A stretch of DNA of 64,000 nt from an uncultured virus (IMG/VR IMGVR_UViG_3300025011_000036) (taxonomy: Duplodnaviria; Heunggongvirae; Uroviricota; Caudoviricetes): IMG/VR virus record IMGVR_UViG_3300025011_000036; one strand, 5' to 3'. Positions 28,864 to 40,137 of the stretch are shown here, piece after piece (the first letter of the stretch is position 1; the number at the start of each line of letters is the position of its first letter). Under the pieces are notes generated by a model. That model searched no databases. It saw nothing but the letters and a program-made list of their open reading frames with translations, and was not told where the DNA came from. The position numbers and the translations under genes were made by a program.

Positions 28864-30186
28864 ATGCTAGATTTACTATTTCCAGAAATTTCAGCAACTG
28901 CAGGTAATTACAGCGATGGCGTAGTTATCGGGAATATCGTGCGTTCTAATGTTGTTGGAGCGTTTACTAGTTCCGTAATCCTTGATACAATATACGCATT
29001 GAGAAAAGAAAGTGTAGTTAGCGGCGAAAATGTAGGGGATCAGTTCTTGGATGTATCAGCTAATGCTATAGGTAATGTAGTGAATGGATTTGAAGCATTA
29101 TCTGGGTCAGAATTATGGTTAGCATCTACAAAAGATATTTGTGAAATATATGTACAAATAGATACTCCAGGCGTGTACACGGGAACTATGTCTGTCCAAG
29201 AAAGCATAGATGGAGAAACCTTGGTTGACGTTGGAAATTTAGTCGATGGTTCAGATGGTTTAAGAGCATCAGCAGGTATATACAAAATAAGTTTTGACGA
29301 TAACGATAACCGAAAGGCAATATCTCCGTTTTTCGGAGCGACAAAAAGGAAGTATATTGTCATAAGTAGGAGTTTGACAAGTTCCCCCCAAACCCCACTT
29401 TTAAGAAGATTATGGTTAGCTTGTTCTGATAATTCAAAGGAGTATTTAGATTTTACGGATGCTGAAAACCAAGATCTTGCAGATCCTATAGATCAATCTT
29501 TTGTAGATTTAACCGTAATACCGAATATAGACGCTGACACAAACTTAGGTTTTTCCGGATTAACTATGGGATTTGACAGAACTGATTATCGAGCAGTAGA
29601 TAATACGTCCATCGTGCCTATTCATGAGTATTATGCTAGTGATGAGACGTGGAAACCTCTGCAAAATGTTGTTGATCTATCTAACTTTCATACAATTGGA
29701 CCAACTAATTACGGTGATCCTACTGTACTTACTAAAGTAAGGTGGACTGTCCCGACAGATTGGACAGCTAAACCACTTACGTTTGCACCTTCAACAACAC
29801 CTGTGACAGCCTATTGGTACAGGGACAGAATGGTTTCAATAGGTACGTATACCTTATATGCTACTCCGTTGTGGCGAGCTAGGTCGTTGTCATTTGGGAG
29901 TAGTCTGGCTTATGGTATATTTCACGCGAAAGCAAGTAGTTATTCATATGTAACGTTTGAAATTGGCATAGCGAGTACCACGGACATGATTGTATCCTTC
30001 GTTAATGCAATCACAGGTCAGGCAAGAAGCGTTACGATACCTCAAAACACATCTTCAAGTGGCTCAGTCACCGGGGGAAGGTTGGATTTTGTAACTCCTT
30101 TGGAAATTGGGGCAGGTCAACATTTATTAATTTCGCATATTTCAGGATCCGGTAATTTGCAGGATGTTCAATTACGAATAGGTTAA
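28864..30186 (+). CDS. Hypothetical virion/adhesin-like protein, paralog A1
   Basis: Shares blocks with 30248..31591 along its whole length. Confidence 0.6.
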   Translation: MLDLLFPEISATAGNYSDGVVIGNIVRSNVVGAFTSSVILDTIYALRKESVVSGENVGDQFLDVSANAIGNVVNGFEALSGSELWLASTKDICEIYVQIDTPGVYTGTMSVQESIDGETLVDVGNLVDGSDGLRASAGIYKISFDDNDNRKAISPFFGATKRKYIVISRSLTSSPQTPLLRRLWLACSDNSKEYLDFTDAENQDLADPIDQSFVDLTVIPNIDADTNLGFSGLTMGFDRTDYRAVDNTSIVPIHEYYASDETWKPLQNVVDLSNFHTIGPTNYGDPTVLTKVRWTVPTDWTAKPLTFAPSTTPVTAYWYRDRMVSIGTYTLYATPLWRARSLSFGSSLAYGIFHAKASSYSYVTFEIGIASTTDMIVSFVNAITGQARSVTIPQNTSSSGSVTGGRLDFVTPLEIGAGQHLLISHISGSGNLQDVQLRIG

Positions 30187-30247
30187 TTTTCATAAGTCTC
30201 CCGAAATCCTTCGAGATTCAAAGATTGAATTAAGGGAGGTAATAATA

Positions 30248-31591
30248 TTGCTTGATCTACGCTTGCCAGAAATATCGTCAACATCTGGGAGTATGAGTGA
30301 CGGAGTGTCTATTGGAAATATCAATAGAACTCAGCCAGTAGCGGCATACAACAACCTACTACTGTCAACTGAAATATTTGCTTTAAGAAGAGATACAGGA
30401 ACAAGCAACATCTTTACAGATTTGTCTTCAGAAGCCATAAGTGAGGTTGATAATTCATTCCTTCCGTGGGGTGATGATGCTGCGTTCTCATCAGGAGATG
30501 AGATATGGATTTCAGATGGTGACAAGAACATAAACGAAATTTATGTTCAAATTACAACTCCTGGGGTATGGACCGGAACCGGATTAAGCGTCTTAGAGAG
30601 TACAGATGGAGAGACGTTAGTTTCTGTGGGCAACTTAGTAGATACATCTAATGGGCTGAGAAATGCAGCAGGGGTATACAAGATATCATTTGATATTAAT
30701 GCAGCTAATAGAAAGTCCATCGCACCATATTTTGGTGCAACAAAACGAAAGTATGTAGTCTTGAGGCCTAACGGTCTTACGTCAAAAACTACTTCTCCCA
30801 AATTAAGGAGGATATGGACCACTAGCAGCGAAGGCGCTAATGAATGGACAGACTACACAAGCATGGTTACTGCAGACTTAACGAATTCTGATTTTGGTTC
30901 CATAGCCAATAATACAATTTTCCCCGTCATTGGTAGTGAGTCAAGAATTGGTTACTCAGGATTAACAATAGGGGTGTATGATGCTATATACAGGGGTATA
31001 CCCAATAACTACACTGTAGTTAGGGAATATTTAGCGTCTGACGACACTTGGAAAACTCTACCAGACTATGTTGATCCGGGTAATAACTTCACAACAGTGT
31101 CAACTACGTATAGCGCGACTCCTACCTATTTATACAAGAAGTGGTCAATTCCCTCGGATTGGGCAGCCAAAACCCTTACGCTTCCTCCGTCTACAACCCC
31201 AATTACAGCATATTGGGTGAGAAGGAGAATAACAGCCGTTTCGACCTATGGTCCCATACCTATATACTTGTATCGTAGGAGGTCGTTGTCTTTTGGTGCA
31301 GGGTTAGCTACGGGGATTTATTTCCGCAATGCTGTTAATTTTAATTATCTGACTTACTCAATCGGGGTACCATCAACTAGCGCGACTGTGGTAGCGTTTA
31401 CTAATTGTATTACAGGGGCTAGTCGTTCGGTAACTATACCCGCTAACTCGGTTGACTCGGGAGCTCTAAGTGATGGTAGGTTGGATTTTAGCTCGGCGCT
31501 CAATATTGGGGCCGGAGAAATGTTGCTTATAAGCCATATTTCGGGTACAGGAGTTTTGCAGGATTGCGAATTCCATTTAGACCCTCAGTAA
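30248..31591 (+). CDS. Hypothetical virion/adhesin-like protein, paralog A2
   Basis: 'MLDL..PEIS', 'EIYVQI.TPGV', 'FGATKRKY', 'GRLDF...L.IGAG..LLISHISG'. Confidence 0.6.
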   Translation: MLDLRLPEISSTSGSMSDGVSIGNINRTQPVAAYNNLLLSTEIFALRRDTGTSNIFTDLSSEAISEVDNSFLPWGDDAAFSSGDEIWISDGDKNINEIYVQITTPGVWTGTGLSVLESTDGETLVSVGNLVDTSNGLRNAAGVYKISFDINAANRKSIAPYFGATKRKYVVLRPNGLTSKTTSPKLRRIWTTSSEGANEWTDYTSMVTADLTNSDFGSIANNTIFPVIGSESRIGYSGLTIGVYDAIYRGIPNNYTVVREYLASDDTWKTLPDYVDPGNNFTTVSTTYSATPTYLYKKWSIPSDWAAKTLTLPPSTTPITAYWVRRRITAVSTYGPIPIYLYRRRSLSFGAGLATGIYFRNAVNFNYLTYSIGVPSTSATVVAFTNCITGASRSVTIPANSVDSGALSDGRLDFSSALNIGAGEMLLISHISGTGVLQDCEFHLDPQ

Positions 31592-31709
31592 GAAATATGG
31601 GAAGAAGTCGCGGGGGCAAGGCACAAAGCCAAGCTATTACATTATGGGGTAATTAATTAAATATCTTTACGCAGGTCTCGAACCTCTGAATTAAAAGGGG
31701 GTTTTTTCT

Positions 31710-34184
31710 TTGAAGAAAGGTTTTTTGACCGTAGCATACCCGCAAAATGCAACAGAACAGGCAGCGGTACCCGTAGGACAGTTCGCTATACTTCCTGGTG
31801 AAAGTGAAGTCAAACAGAAATCAGCCACAGGAGAGATATCATCGGTCGGAGGTGGAGGAGTTGGAGGTAAAGCACAACTCACTACTGCTGGCAGTAATGC
31901 CTTAACCTATTCCTTGCACAACGGAAAAGAAGTTCACTGTGAGGCAGGAGTAACAGCCGTTACAATGGCATTGGCTGATTTCCAAGTAAGTGGAGAGAAT
32001 GTCTTTGGTTCGTTTTATCTATTCAACTATACAGGGTCTCCATTGCCACTTAGTTTAACTGGTTTGTGGTTTGGAGGTATCAGTGAGGATGGAGAAGCAG
32101 CAAACGACTTATTCGGAGCAGGAACGTTAGTAACAATTCCTCATTCCATGAAAGCATTGGTTATATTCGATGCCGATAAGTATGTAAGGGCTTCAATTTT
32201 AGGTAGTGAAGTAACGCAAACCGAACTCAATTCAAAGCTAACTAATATTGTTTCTGCAACCGATAAAATATTAGGACGTTCCACAGCAGGAGCAGGAGCA
32301 ATTGAGGAAATAACTTGCACCGCAGCAGGTAGAGACATACTTGATGATGCTGATGCAGCAGCACAAAGAACTACTCTAGGGCTTGGAACGTTGGCTACTT
32401 TATCAACGGTAGGTTCAACCAATATCACAGATGATTCTGTAACAAATGCAAAACTAGCTGATATGGCTGCAAATACCATTAAAGTTAATGCAACAGCTAG
32501 TGCGGCTAATCCAACAGATGTTACTCTTGCTGCTAATCAATTCTTAGCAAGATCAAGTATAGGTAATGTCACAGCATTAACATTAACAGATACAGCCATT
32601 TCACTACTTGACGATGCTACTACAACGGCAATGAGAACTACTTTGGGACTTGGTGCACTTGCGACCAAAAATACAGTCGTTTCAACTGATATGTTCGATG
32701 GGATCGCAATGAGAAGGAACGAACTTAAGCGCAGACTTCCTAGGTGGAGTTCAACTGTTCTTGCAGTCGATTGTAATGGAGATTTTACCGACTTATCAAA
32801 CGCACCAACAACTCTTACAACTACAGGTACCGTTGCATTTGTAGCTGATACTAACGGAATTGGTACTCAAGTCGCAGACTTTGCAGGTGCTAGTAATTCA
32901 GTAACCGAAACCGCAATAGACTTAAATGGTCATTCGTTTTCGTTAGCATGTTGGTACAAGAAAGCCGCCGTTGGTGATTTTGGGTATATTATAGGGCAAA
33001 CAGGTGCGGGAGTCACTAATAACACAATGCTGTTTGGATATAATGGAGTGGCAGGAACTTTTAGTCTTGTATTTTGGGGGAATGACTTAAACTACACATC
33101 TGCACCGAACGACACGAATTGGCATCATGCAGTTGGAACTTACGACACGTTGACTAATATCCAGGCTTTGTATATTGACGGTGTTTTAGTTGCAACGAGG
33201 ACTTCCACATCAGACTTATTATCTAATAAAACTATATATATAGGTCGTTCGGAAAGTAATGGAGAATGGGGAGGACTTGTTCAACAAGCAGTTATTTGGG
33301 ATAATACTGTCTTGACGTCTTCTGAAATTTCTTCACTCTATTCAAAGGGTGATTTAACATCATTTGGACAGTTAGCGAATACAAGCAGTAGTGTAGAATC
33401 ATTTTTGTTAAATACAGGTATTGCTAAATTATGGACTCCTAGCGACTTAATTCGTGCAATTGATATTGACTTTTCAAGTTCTCCACTTGGAACATTGACT
33501 ACCATAACAAATACTGGCTCACTTGGTGGAAATGCAGCACAAGCAACAGGTTCAAGGCAACCAGTGATAATAACTGATTTAAATGGAGTTAAATGTTGCT
33601 CGTTTGATGGAATAGACGATTTCCTAGAGAGTAGTATTGCATGGCCGCTTGGTACTCACTACGCATTATTTGCAGTTTATAGATACGTTGCAACTGGTCA
33701 AAATAAAATGATAATATCAGACGTTCACACACCAGATGGTAATATTAGTTATTGTATGGGTTTTGACAATGCGACCGGAGAACATACTTCAACCGCAAAT
33801 TCCATTGGTGGAGCGCACTTCAATGGTTCTTGGAGAGCTGGGGCATCTACCGGATACACAGCAGGTAATTTTGGATTCCACTTTGCGCAGTATGACGGTG
33901 TAAACATTGCAAATAAATCAAATGGTGGGACTACTGTAAATACAGCCCAAGTATCAGACCCGGCAGGTGCACAAACAACACTCACAAGAATATGCGCAGA
34001 TTGGAATACAGCTACTGTTGATTATTCAAATGTTCGCATATTTAGAATATTAGGATTTGTAGCAGGTGCTGGTCTTTCCGCCGATACTATAGAACGGCTA
34101 GAAGGTTGGGCAGCTTGGACTCACGGACAGCAGGCACTACTTCCCACAACGCACACCTATAGGTACAAAAGACCCCTAGTTTAA
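31710..34184 (+). CDS. Tail-fibre-like protein with LamG/ConA lectin domain, paralog B1
   Basis: Fibre repeats 'LDDA...A.RTTLGLG.LAT'; LamG 'WHHAVGTYD...LYIDGV'. Confidence 0.7.
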   Translation: MKKGFLTVAYPQNATEQAAVPVGQFAILPGESEVKQKSATGEISSVGGGGVGGKAQLTTAGSNALTYSLHNGKEVHCEAGVTAVTMALADFQVSGENVFGSFYLFNYTGSPLPLSLTGLWFGGISEDGEAANDLFGAGTLVTIPHSMKALVIFDADKYVRASILGSEVTQTELNSKLTNIVSATDKILGRSTAGAGAIEEITCTAAGRDILDDADAAAQRTTLGLGTLATLSTVGSTNITDDSVTNAKLADMAANTIKVNATASAANPTDVTLAANQFLARSSIGNVTALTLTDTAISLLDDATTTAMRTTLGLGALATKNTVVSTDMFDGIAMRRNELKRRLPRWSSTVLAVDCNGDFTDLSNAPTTLTTTGTVAFVADTNGIGTQVADFAGASNSVTETAIDLNGHSFSLACWYKKAAVGDFGYIIGQTGAGVTNNTMLFGYNGVAGTFSLVFWGNDLNYTSAPNDTNWHHAVGTYDTLTNIQALYIDGVLVATRTSTSDLLSNKTIYIGRSESNGEWGGLVQQAVIWDNTVLTSSEISSLYSKGDLTSFGQLANTSSSVESFLLNTGIAKLWTPSDLIRAIDIDFSSSPLGTLTTITNTGSLGGNAAQATGSRQPVIITDLNGVKCCSFDGIDDFLESSIAWPLGTHYALFAVYRYVATGQNKMIISDVHTPDGNISYCMGFDNATGEHTSTANSIGGAHFNGSWRAGASTGYTAGNFGFHFAQYDGVNIANKSNGGTTVNTAQVSDPAGAQTTLTRICADWNTATVDYSNVRIFRILGFVAGAGLSADTIERLEGWAAWTHGQQALLPTTHTYRYKRPLV

Positions 34185-34235
34185 TAATAACGGCTGTCAT
34201 TCGTGGCAGCCTATTTCCTTAAGGTGGTGAAATAG

Positions 34236-35189
34236 GTGAGAAGCGGTTTCGCTGGAATATATTACCCTCAGACAGCAACTGAACAAACAAGCGTTCCTAT
34301 AGGTAAAATGGCCTTACTATCAGGCGAAACGGTAGTAAAAGTGAAACTAAGCGATGGAACATTTATCCCGTTAGGTGGCATAACCGACATTACTGACTTT
34401 GGTAGGGACTTAATTGACCTGCCGAATATAACAGAGCTAAAGATATTGTTAGGTACGGCTACAGCATGGCAACCAACGGCATTGACTAGGCGAGTAGATG
34501 TTGACTTTACTAATGTAAGCCTTGGAGCAATTGCAAGCATAACTAACACTGGTTCTGTCGGAGCAACATTTTATCAAGCAACAGAAGCCGACAAGCCTAC
34601 AGGCATAGATTTCCTGACATATAGGGGAGCTTCATTTGATGGAACTAATCATATGACAAGTGAAAATGCATGGAACGTAACAGCAAACTATGCGTTCTTT
34701 ATTGTGTTTTCTTATGATGCAGAACCACCAGAACAACAATACTTATATAGTGGTTTTTCTGTACTTACTAGCAAGGTTCCTCATACTGTCGGGTCTCGTA
34801 ACACGTCAGGTAATCTAATAGGAGCAGCACACTTCGTTAACGATGTATGGCATTCAGGCAACGGAAGCTCGGCTAATTATGGCAGCATTGACTTTGTGTA
34901 TTGTTCTTATGACGGTGCTAATTTTCATACTAAATTCAATGGTAGAACAGATTCTTTGGTAGCGGATGCAACAGCTCCAGACGTTGGATACAATACACTT
35001 GGAGTTATTGGTGCATCTGATGAGTATGACAAAAATCTTAAAGGTAAAATTTTTAGGGTTATAGGATTTTCTTCACATCAATCTGATGCTGATATAGCCA
35101 AAATGGAAGGATGGGCAGCGTGGGCATTCGATAGAGTTAGCGAATTGCCAACAGGACACACATACAAAACCATTAGGCCAATAATATAA
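34236..35189 (+). CDS. Shorter lectin-like paralog B2
   Basis: N-terminal 'YPQ.ATEQ..VP.G' and C-terminal 'EGWAAW...LP..HTY' shared with 31710. Confidence 0.65.
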   Translation: MRSGFAGIYYPQTATEQTSVPIGKMALLSGETVVKVKLSDGTFIPLGGITDITDFGRDLIDLPNITELKILLGTATAWQPTALTRRVDVDFTNVSLGAIASITNTGSVGATFYQATEADKPTGIDFLTYRGASFDGTNHMTSENAWNVTANYAFFIVFSYDAEPPEQQYLYSGFSVLTSKVPHTVGSRNTSGNLIGAAHFVNDVWHSGNGSSANYGSIDFVYCSYDGANFHTKFNGRTDSLVADATAPDVGYNTLGVIGASDEYDKNLKGKIFRVIGFSSHQSDADIAKMEGWAAWAFDRVSELPTGHTYKTIRPII

Positions 35190-35236
35190 GGCGGCTTTAA
35201 ATGAGTCGCCTACTTATTTTTAAAGGGAGTGATAAC

Positions 35237-35428
35237 TTGAAAGGCACTAAAAAATGCACAGAAAACGAAACTAAGCACAAAAAAGAACTATTAAGAATGT
35301 CTTCTGAAAATCGACGGCATGGTTTAGCGACCGTTAAACTTGCCAAAGAAGAAGCAAAGGCCGCTAAACCGGGTAAGTCTACTAAACCAATGAAGCCCAC
35401 GAAAACTATGAAGATGGGCAAATATTAG
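35237..35428 (+). CDS. Small Lys-rich basic protein
   Basis: GGGAGTG SD before TTG 35237. Confidence 0.5.
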   Translation: MKGTKKCTENETKHKKELLRMSSENRRHGLATVKLAKEEAKAAKPGKSTKPMKPTKTMKMGKY

Positions 35429-35437
35429 GAGGTATAC

Positions 35438-35620
35438 ATGTTAGAACGACTTAGAAGACCTGCACTGGCAATAGCTATTTTAGGTTCCGTGAAATTGGTG
35501 ACTGACACGTTTGGGATATCAATATTAACCAACGAAAGCATTAACGCTATCGCCAATGGTGTTGCTGCAGTTGCTACTATTGTTGGGATTCTGATTAATC
35601 GAACAACTACAACGGAATAA
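35438..35620 (+). CDS. Putative holin (two TM helices)
   Basis: 'MLERLRRP..AIAILG...IVGILIN'; AGGAGG SD. Confidence 0.65.
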   Translation: MLERLRRPALAIAILGSVKLVTDTFGISILTNESINAIANGVAAVATIVGILINRTTTTE

Positions 35621-35636
35621 AATATTTTCCTTCCGA

Positions 35637-35680
35637 ATAATCCCTTCTGTTCTTAATTGAATGGAGGGGATTATTTTTTA
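35637..35680 (+). terminator. Intrinsic terminator ending the late operon
   Basis: ataatcccttct...ggaggggattat followed by a T-run. Confidence 0.7.
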
Positions 35681-35714
35681 TGCCTAAATATAGGACATAC
35701 GGGGTCTTTATTGC

Positions 35715-35743
35715 TTGTATTCATACACAGTAAGTAGTATAAT
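35715..35743 (+). promoter_or_regulatory. SigA-type promoter
   Basis: TTGTAT-17-TATAAT. Confidence 0.6.
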
Positions 35744-35768
35744 TAACGTATAGAAAAGAGGTGTTTTA

Positions 35769-35897
35769 GTGAAAAGGATTGACTTGACCATCACAGACAC
35801 ACAGCGTGAATGGTTGGAGAAACTAGCTGAAAAATTAGGAATAAGTAAATCTGAGATTGTAAGAAGAGTTTTAGATAAGGAGATGAAAAAGAAGTGA
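35769..35897 (+). CDS. CopG/ribbon-helix-helix protein (42 aa)
   Basis: MKRIDLTITDTQREWLEKLAEKLGISKSEIVRRVLDKEMKKK; GAGGTG SD. Confidence 0.75.
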   Translation: MKRIDLTITDTQREWLEKLAEKLGISKSEIVRRVLDKEMKKK

Positions 35898-36006
35898 CAT
35901 CTAAAGAAGTGATGGAGTTTACTATGTTCGGTTCAGGTATTTTATATTACGCAGCGTTTTGTTTCTATCGTCAATGGATGCAAAATAAAGAGGAGATGAA
36001 AAGGAA

Positions 36007-36750
36007 ATGAGGACGATTGATTATCCAACCAAAACTCAGGAAGAATATGACCAAAGCTGGCTTGAGCGCAGGAAATTAAGAACGGATAACAAAGCCCTTC
36101 ACAGTTCTAAAGAGAGCGTTAAGGATGATGAATTATCCACAGAAATACTTAATTACTGGAACTCAAAAGGAATAATTGTTCATCGTAAATACTCAAAAAG
36201 AACGCCACTTATACTAAGAAAAATAATTAAGGATTACTCTAAGGAAGAGATATTAAAAGCAATTGATAATTATGTAACAGTTATCAACGATAATAAATAT
36301 TTGTTTGATTACAAATGGAGCCTTGAAACATTTTTGCAAAAACCAAACGCTTTTCCTGATTTTGTAGATGGAGGAAGCAAGTGGTTAAGTTATCTGGCGT
36401 CTATAACCATAAAAGACAAACCTAGAAAAGAGCAACCGACTTTAATTATTGGACCGAATGATAAGGTTATAATTGCCAGTAGCGACTTTCATTCTATTGA
36501 AGAATCATACTTAGCGATGATTGACGCTTTTAACCGTATGCCATACGGTGAATACTTACAGACTTCTCATTGGTTACATTTTAAAGGAGAAGCATTGAAA
36601 GATGCAGGTTTTAAATGCCGAACGTGTTGCAGTAAAGAAACTGTCCTGAATGTACATCACAATAATTATAGTAATCGCGGTCGAGAGACATTTAATGACG
36701 TTGTTGTGTTATGCGAAGTATGCCACGCCAAATTTCATAATAAAGAATAA
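36007..36750 (+). CDS. Phage initiator-like helical domain fused to HNH nuclease domain
   Basis: 'EILNYWNSK...EEILKAIDNY...SLETFL' + 'CRTC...LNVHH..Y...DVVVLCEVCHAKFH'. Confidence 0.65.
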   Translation: MRTIDYPTKTQEEYDQSWLERRKLRTDNKALHSSKESVKDDELSTEILNYWNSKGIIVHRKYSKRTPLILRKIIKDYSKEEILKAIDNYVTVINDNKYLFDYKWSLETFLQKPNAFPDFVDGGSKWLSYLASITIKDKPRKEQPTLIIGPNDKVIIASSDFHSIEESYLAMIDAFNRMPYGEYLQTSHWLHFKGEALKDAGFKCRTCCSKETVLNVHHNNYSNRGRETFNDVVVLCEVCHAKFHNKE

Positions 36751-36837
36751 TATTAATCATTTTGCTACAGAAGGGATTATGGCTAACCTGGTATTTGAGG
36801 CAGGATTACGTTAGGAATAAGCGAAGGAGATGTATAG

Positions 36838-39800
36838 ATGAGAGTCTACAGAATGTGCAATATGGACCACGGCTACGGTCCGATAACAACAAATGAAGAT
36901 GATTGCATAGTGGAAATCGAAGAGGATTTAAACGAAAACGGAGAAAACGAGGAACAGGATTACATTAAGTCCAACTTACCCAAAATTAAGAAATCCCTAA
37001 AATCATTACCCATAGTAGGAGATATTAACGATGCTATTGCGATTGTTGTTTTCGGACCATATATGATTCAGGCTGAGGAAATGACGCAAGAGGAATATGA
37101 TAGTTTTCCTGAGTTTGATGGGTATTAATTATTAAAGAAATAAAGAGAAGGAGGAAGTAAGCATGGGAATAACAATAAGTTCAAAAAGGCATAGTTGCGA
37201 CATGGGGTATGGTGGTTTCAATAGGTTCAGGAACGTGGTAGCTGAAAAGGTTAGTAAGAAATTTAGTGAACATTATGTAAGAATGGATATACCAGAGGTT
37301 ATGTTTTTAAGCGGAAGCAATAGGCAGGATTTCTTTAAAAAGTATAACGCAACCACAGAGGAACTTATAGAGCAAAAAGAAGTAACGGAAGAAGTTGCTA
37401 ATTTCTTATACCAAACGGATTGTGGCGGAAAGATAGACAGAAAGCAAGCCAAGGAAATTTATTCACTGATTAAAGAGTACGACGATAATATTAGCTTTGG
37501 TTATTCGGGCAGAAAAGATTGTGCCAAAATGTCAGACTTGAAGAATGTTTTTTCCGACGGCACAAAGGTTGAATGGAGTTAAATTGAAGTGTTAGGACAT
37601 TTGATAAATAAGTGAAGGATGAAGAAGTAGGATGAGGGAAATTAAGTTTCGCGGCAAAAGGGTTGATGGTGGGGAATGGGTTGTAGGCTTTATTGAACTT
37701 CACTTGATTGACGGTGATTTGACCAAAATAAAGCAGGACGCATTCATTACTTACGATTACATGGATAAAATAGGAAAAGTTTATCGAGATAGGTTTGATG
37801 TCATCCCTGAAACAGTCGGGCAGTTCACAGGATTTTTCGACGATAATGGCAAGGAAATTTATGAGGATGATATCTTGACTCAGAAAGGTTATTGGCCATT
37901 AAGAATAGAGTTTCAAAAAGGTATTATGTGGGTCCGTGACTTAGAAAGAGTTCGCTATAACAACTTAATATTAAATACACCAATTGCGCTGTTTGACTTT
38001 AGCGGATACAAGATTATTGGAAATATTCATGACGACACTGAATTATTGGTGATTTGGAAGGAGAAAATAACCGAATGAAAGAAAATAAGGAAGCGATTAA
38101 CTTAAACACTCCCGACTATCTAAAGGGATTGCATGACGGTTATATAAAAAATCGTACAGATTACTTCGAGCAATACGGAAATTTAGTAGCGGAACTAGAT
38201 AGCCAAGTTCCAAGACAGTATATTATTAAGACGGAAACAAAAAGCGAAATGTACAGAGCGTTGAAAGCGTGTGAATATTATTTATGTAGAATGTCATTTG
38301 TTGACGAGGAATTATTAGAGATGGTTCGAAATGCGTTAAGGGAGGCGGATGGCAAAATATGAACTGTCAATCCTGCAACGAACCAACTAAATACATCCTT
38401 GGACTATGGGATGGATCAAACGGAACTCATGGCGCAATATTCGACTGCCATAATCTAAGTTGTGAAATAAACAAGAATAGGTTAAAGGAAGCTGATCGTT
38501 CCGAGGAAAATAGAAATAAGGTCATTGATGAAAATGCGAAGAACGGTATATTCATGGAGTTAATCAAAAGCAGGAGGAAGTCGCTGCTTATCACCATTAC
38601 GAAGATGTCTCGATTACTTGGCATATCCCCTGCAACATATAGCGATTATGAGATGTGCCGGGTTGCGCTGCCTGTGGAGATGGTTGAGAGGATTGAGGAT
38701 GTTTTTAGAAAGGAGATGGGAAAATGTTGAACGATTATGACCTGTATGCGATATTTTGGATAGGATTATTTTCTTGTATAGCAATAAGTAATATCGCGTC
38801 AAATCTACAACCAAGAATCATAATAAAAAAGGATGATATTAATAATGACTAAATACCAGCACTACAAGGGTGGCATGTACACTCTCCTTCACATAGCAAC
38901 TCATTCCGAAACAGGAGAACAACTCGTAGTGTATCAGAACACAGAGGGTAAGGTGTGGATTAGGCCGCATGATATGTTTTTCGAGGATGTTGTTGTGGAT
39001 GGTGATAGAGTGCCGAGGTTTAGGGAGATAAAGGAGTACACGAAGGATAGAGAGGATGGAGATTGGTCGCTTGATTGGGAAGATGCTATTTCTGAATCAA
39101 GGAAGATGTTGCCTGTCAAAGAAATATTGTAGGGGGATGAAGTATGATAGGTAGTGATTGGGTTCCTGATTGGGAAGATTGCGAGGGTGCAAAGGAAAAG
39201 ATTGGCTTAATAATATTTTATATTGTCATAATTGGAGCGATTCTTGTTCAACCATTTTACCAAGTATATCTAAGGATCAGAAGGAGAAAGTATTAATGAG
39301 TGAACGAAATGACAGTATAGAAAGAATTATAGAACTAGAAAACGCGCTAGAAAACTTGCTGAGGCAATGCCGACAAACAAGCGATTCGATGGGACACAAG
39401 GGAACACGCAGAATATTTGCCAGTGATTATTTTATGATGGTGTGGGAAGAGGCTAGGGAAGTGCTTGGTATTAATCTCGAATTAAAAGAAAGCATTGCGG
39501 TTGCAGATAAGTTGCAAAATGATTTAACTAGATTAGGCATAAAGTCGGTCATAGATATGGCAAGCGGAGAACTTGTTATAAATATTGCGGATAACTTAGA
39601 TTTTGGAAAATCAATATTGTAGGAGGATGAAGAGGGATGAGCTTAGAAGATATCCTAAAAGCACAAAAATATATAACCAATATCCGTGATGAAAATGTTA
39701 TCGTGTTAGATCATTTCAAAAAGGAGATTGAAACGAATAAGGATAGCAAATCATTTTACAACACATTGGTTTACGACAACAGGATAAAGAACTGCAATAC

Positions 39801-39984
39801 GATTTTGGAAGCACTCGGAAAACAAGTACCTATGAAACCAATTATAGAAAAGTGGAATCCTGCGCGATGTCCTTCCTGTGGAGAATCATTAAGTGAGAGT
39901 GCAGGAGATGGGTATTATCGACATAATTACTGCCTAAATATTTGCGATTGTGGTCAAAGGTTAAAATGGGAATATACAAAATAG
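36838..39984 (+). other. Array of small early accessory genes, including YopX (37632..38078), Zn/XRE-HTH (38359..38730) and DUF1653 (38833..39132)
   Basis: YopX 'MREIKFRGK...ETVGQFTG..D.NGKEIYEDDI...IGNIHD'; DUF1653 'YQHYKGGMY...HSET.E.LVVY..WIRP..MF'. Confidence 0.75.
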
Positions 39985-39991
39985 CACAAAC

Positions 39992-40019
39992 AAATACCCT
40001 CCAACTAGGAGGGTATTTT
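39992..40019. terminator. Bidirectional terminator
   Basis: aaataccctcc-aacta-ggagggtatttt between convergent genes. Confidence 0.7.
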
Positions 40020-40137
40020 CTATTTCAAGTTAGTCAACTTTCAAAAGCCTACAAAGCAACTTCCCAACCCGAACGGCAACGGCATAGATCGCCAATGCCT
40101 CCACTATAATAAATACACTCGCCATAATTATCCCTCC

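Noticed and set aside
28864..35189. Diversity-generating retroelement or invertible tail-fibre switch
   Set aside because: No reverse transcriptase, no near-identical template/variable repeat pair, and all genes are co-oriented with no invertase.
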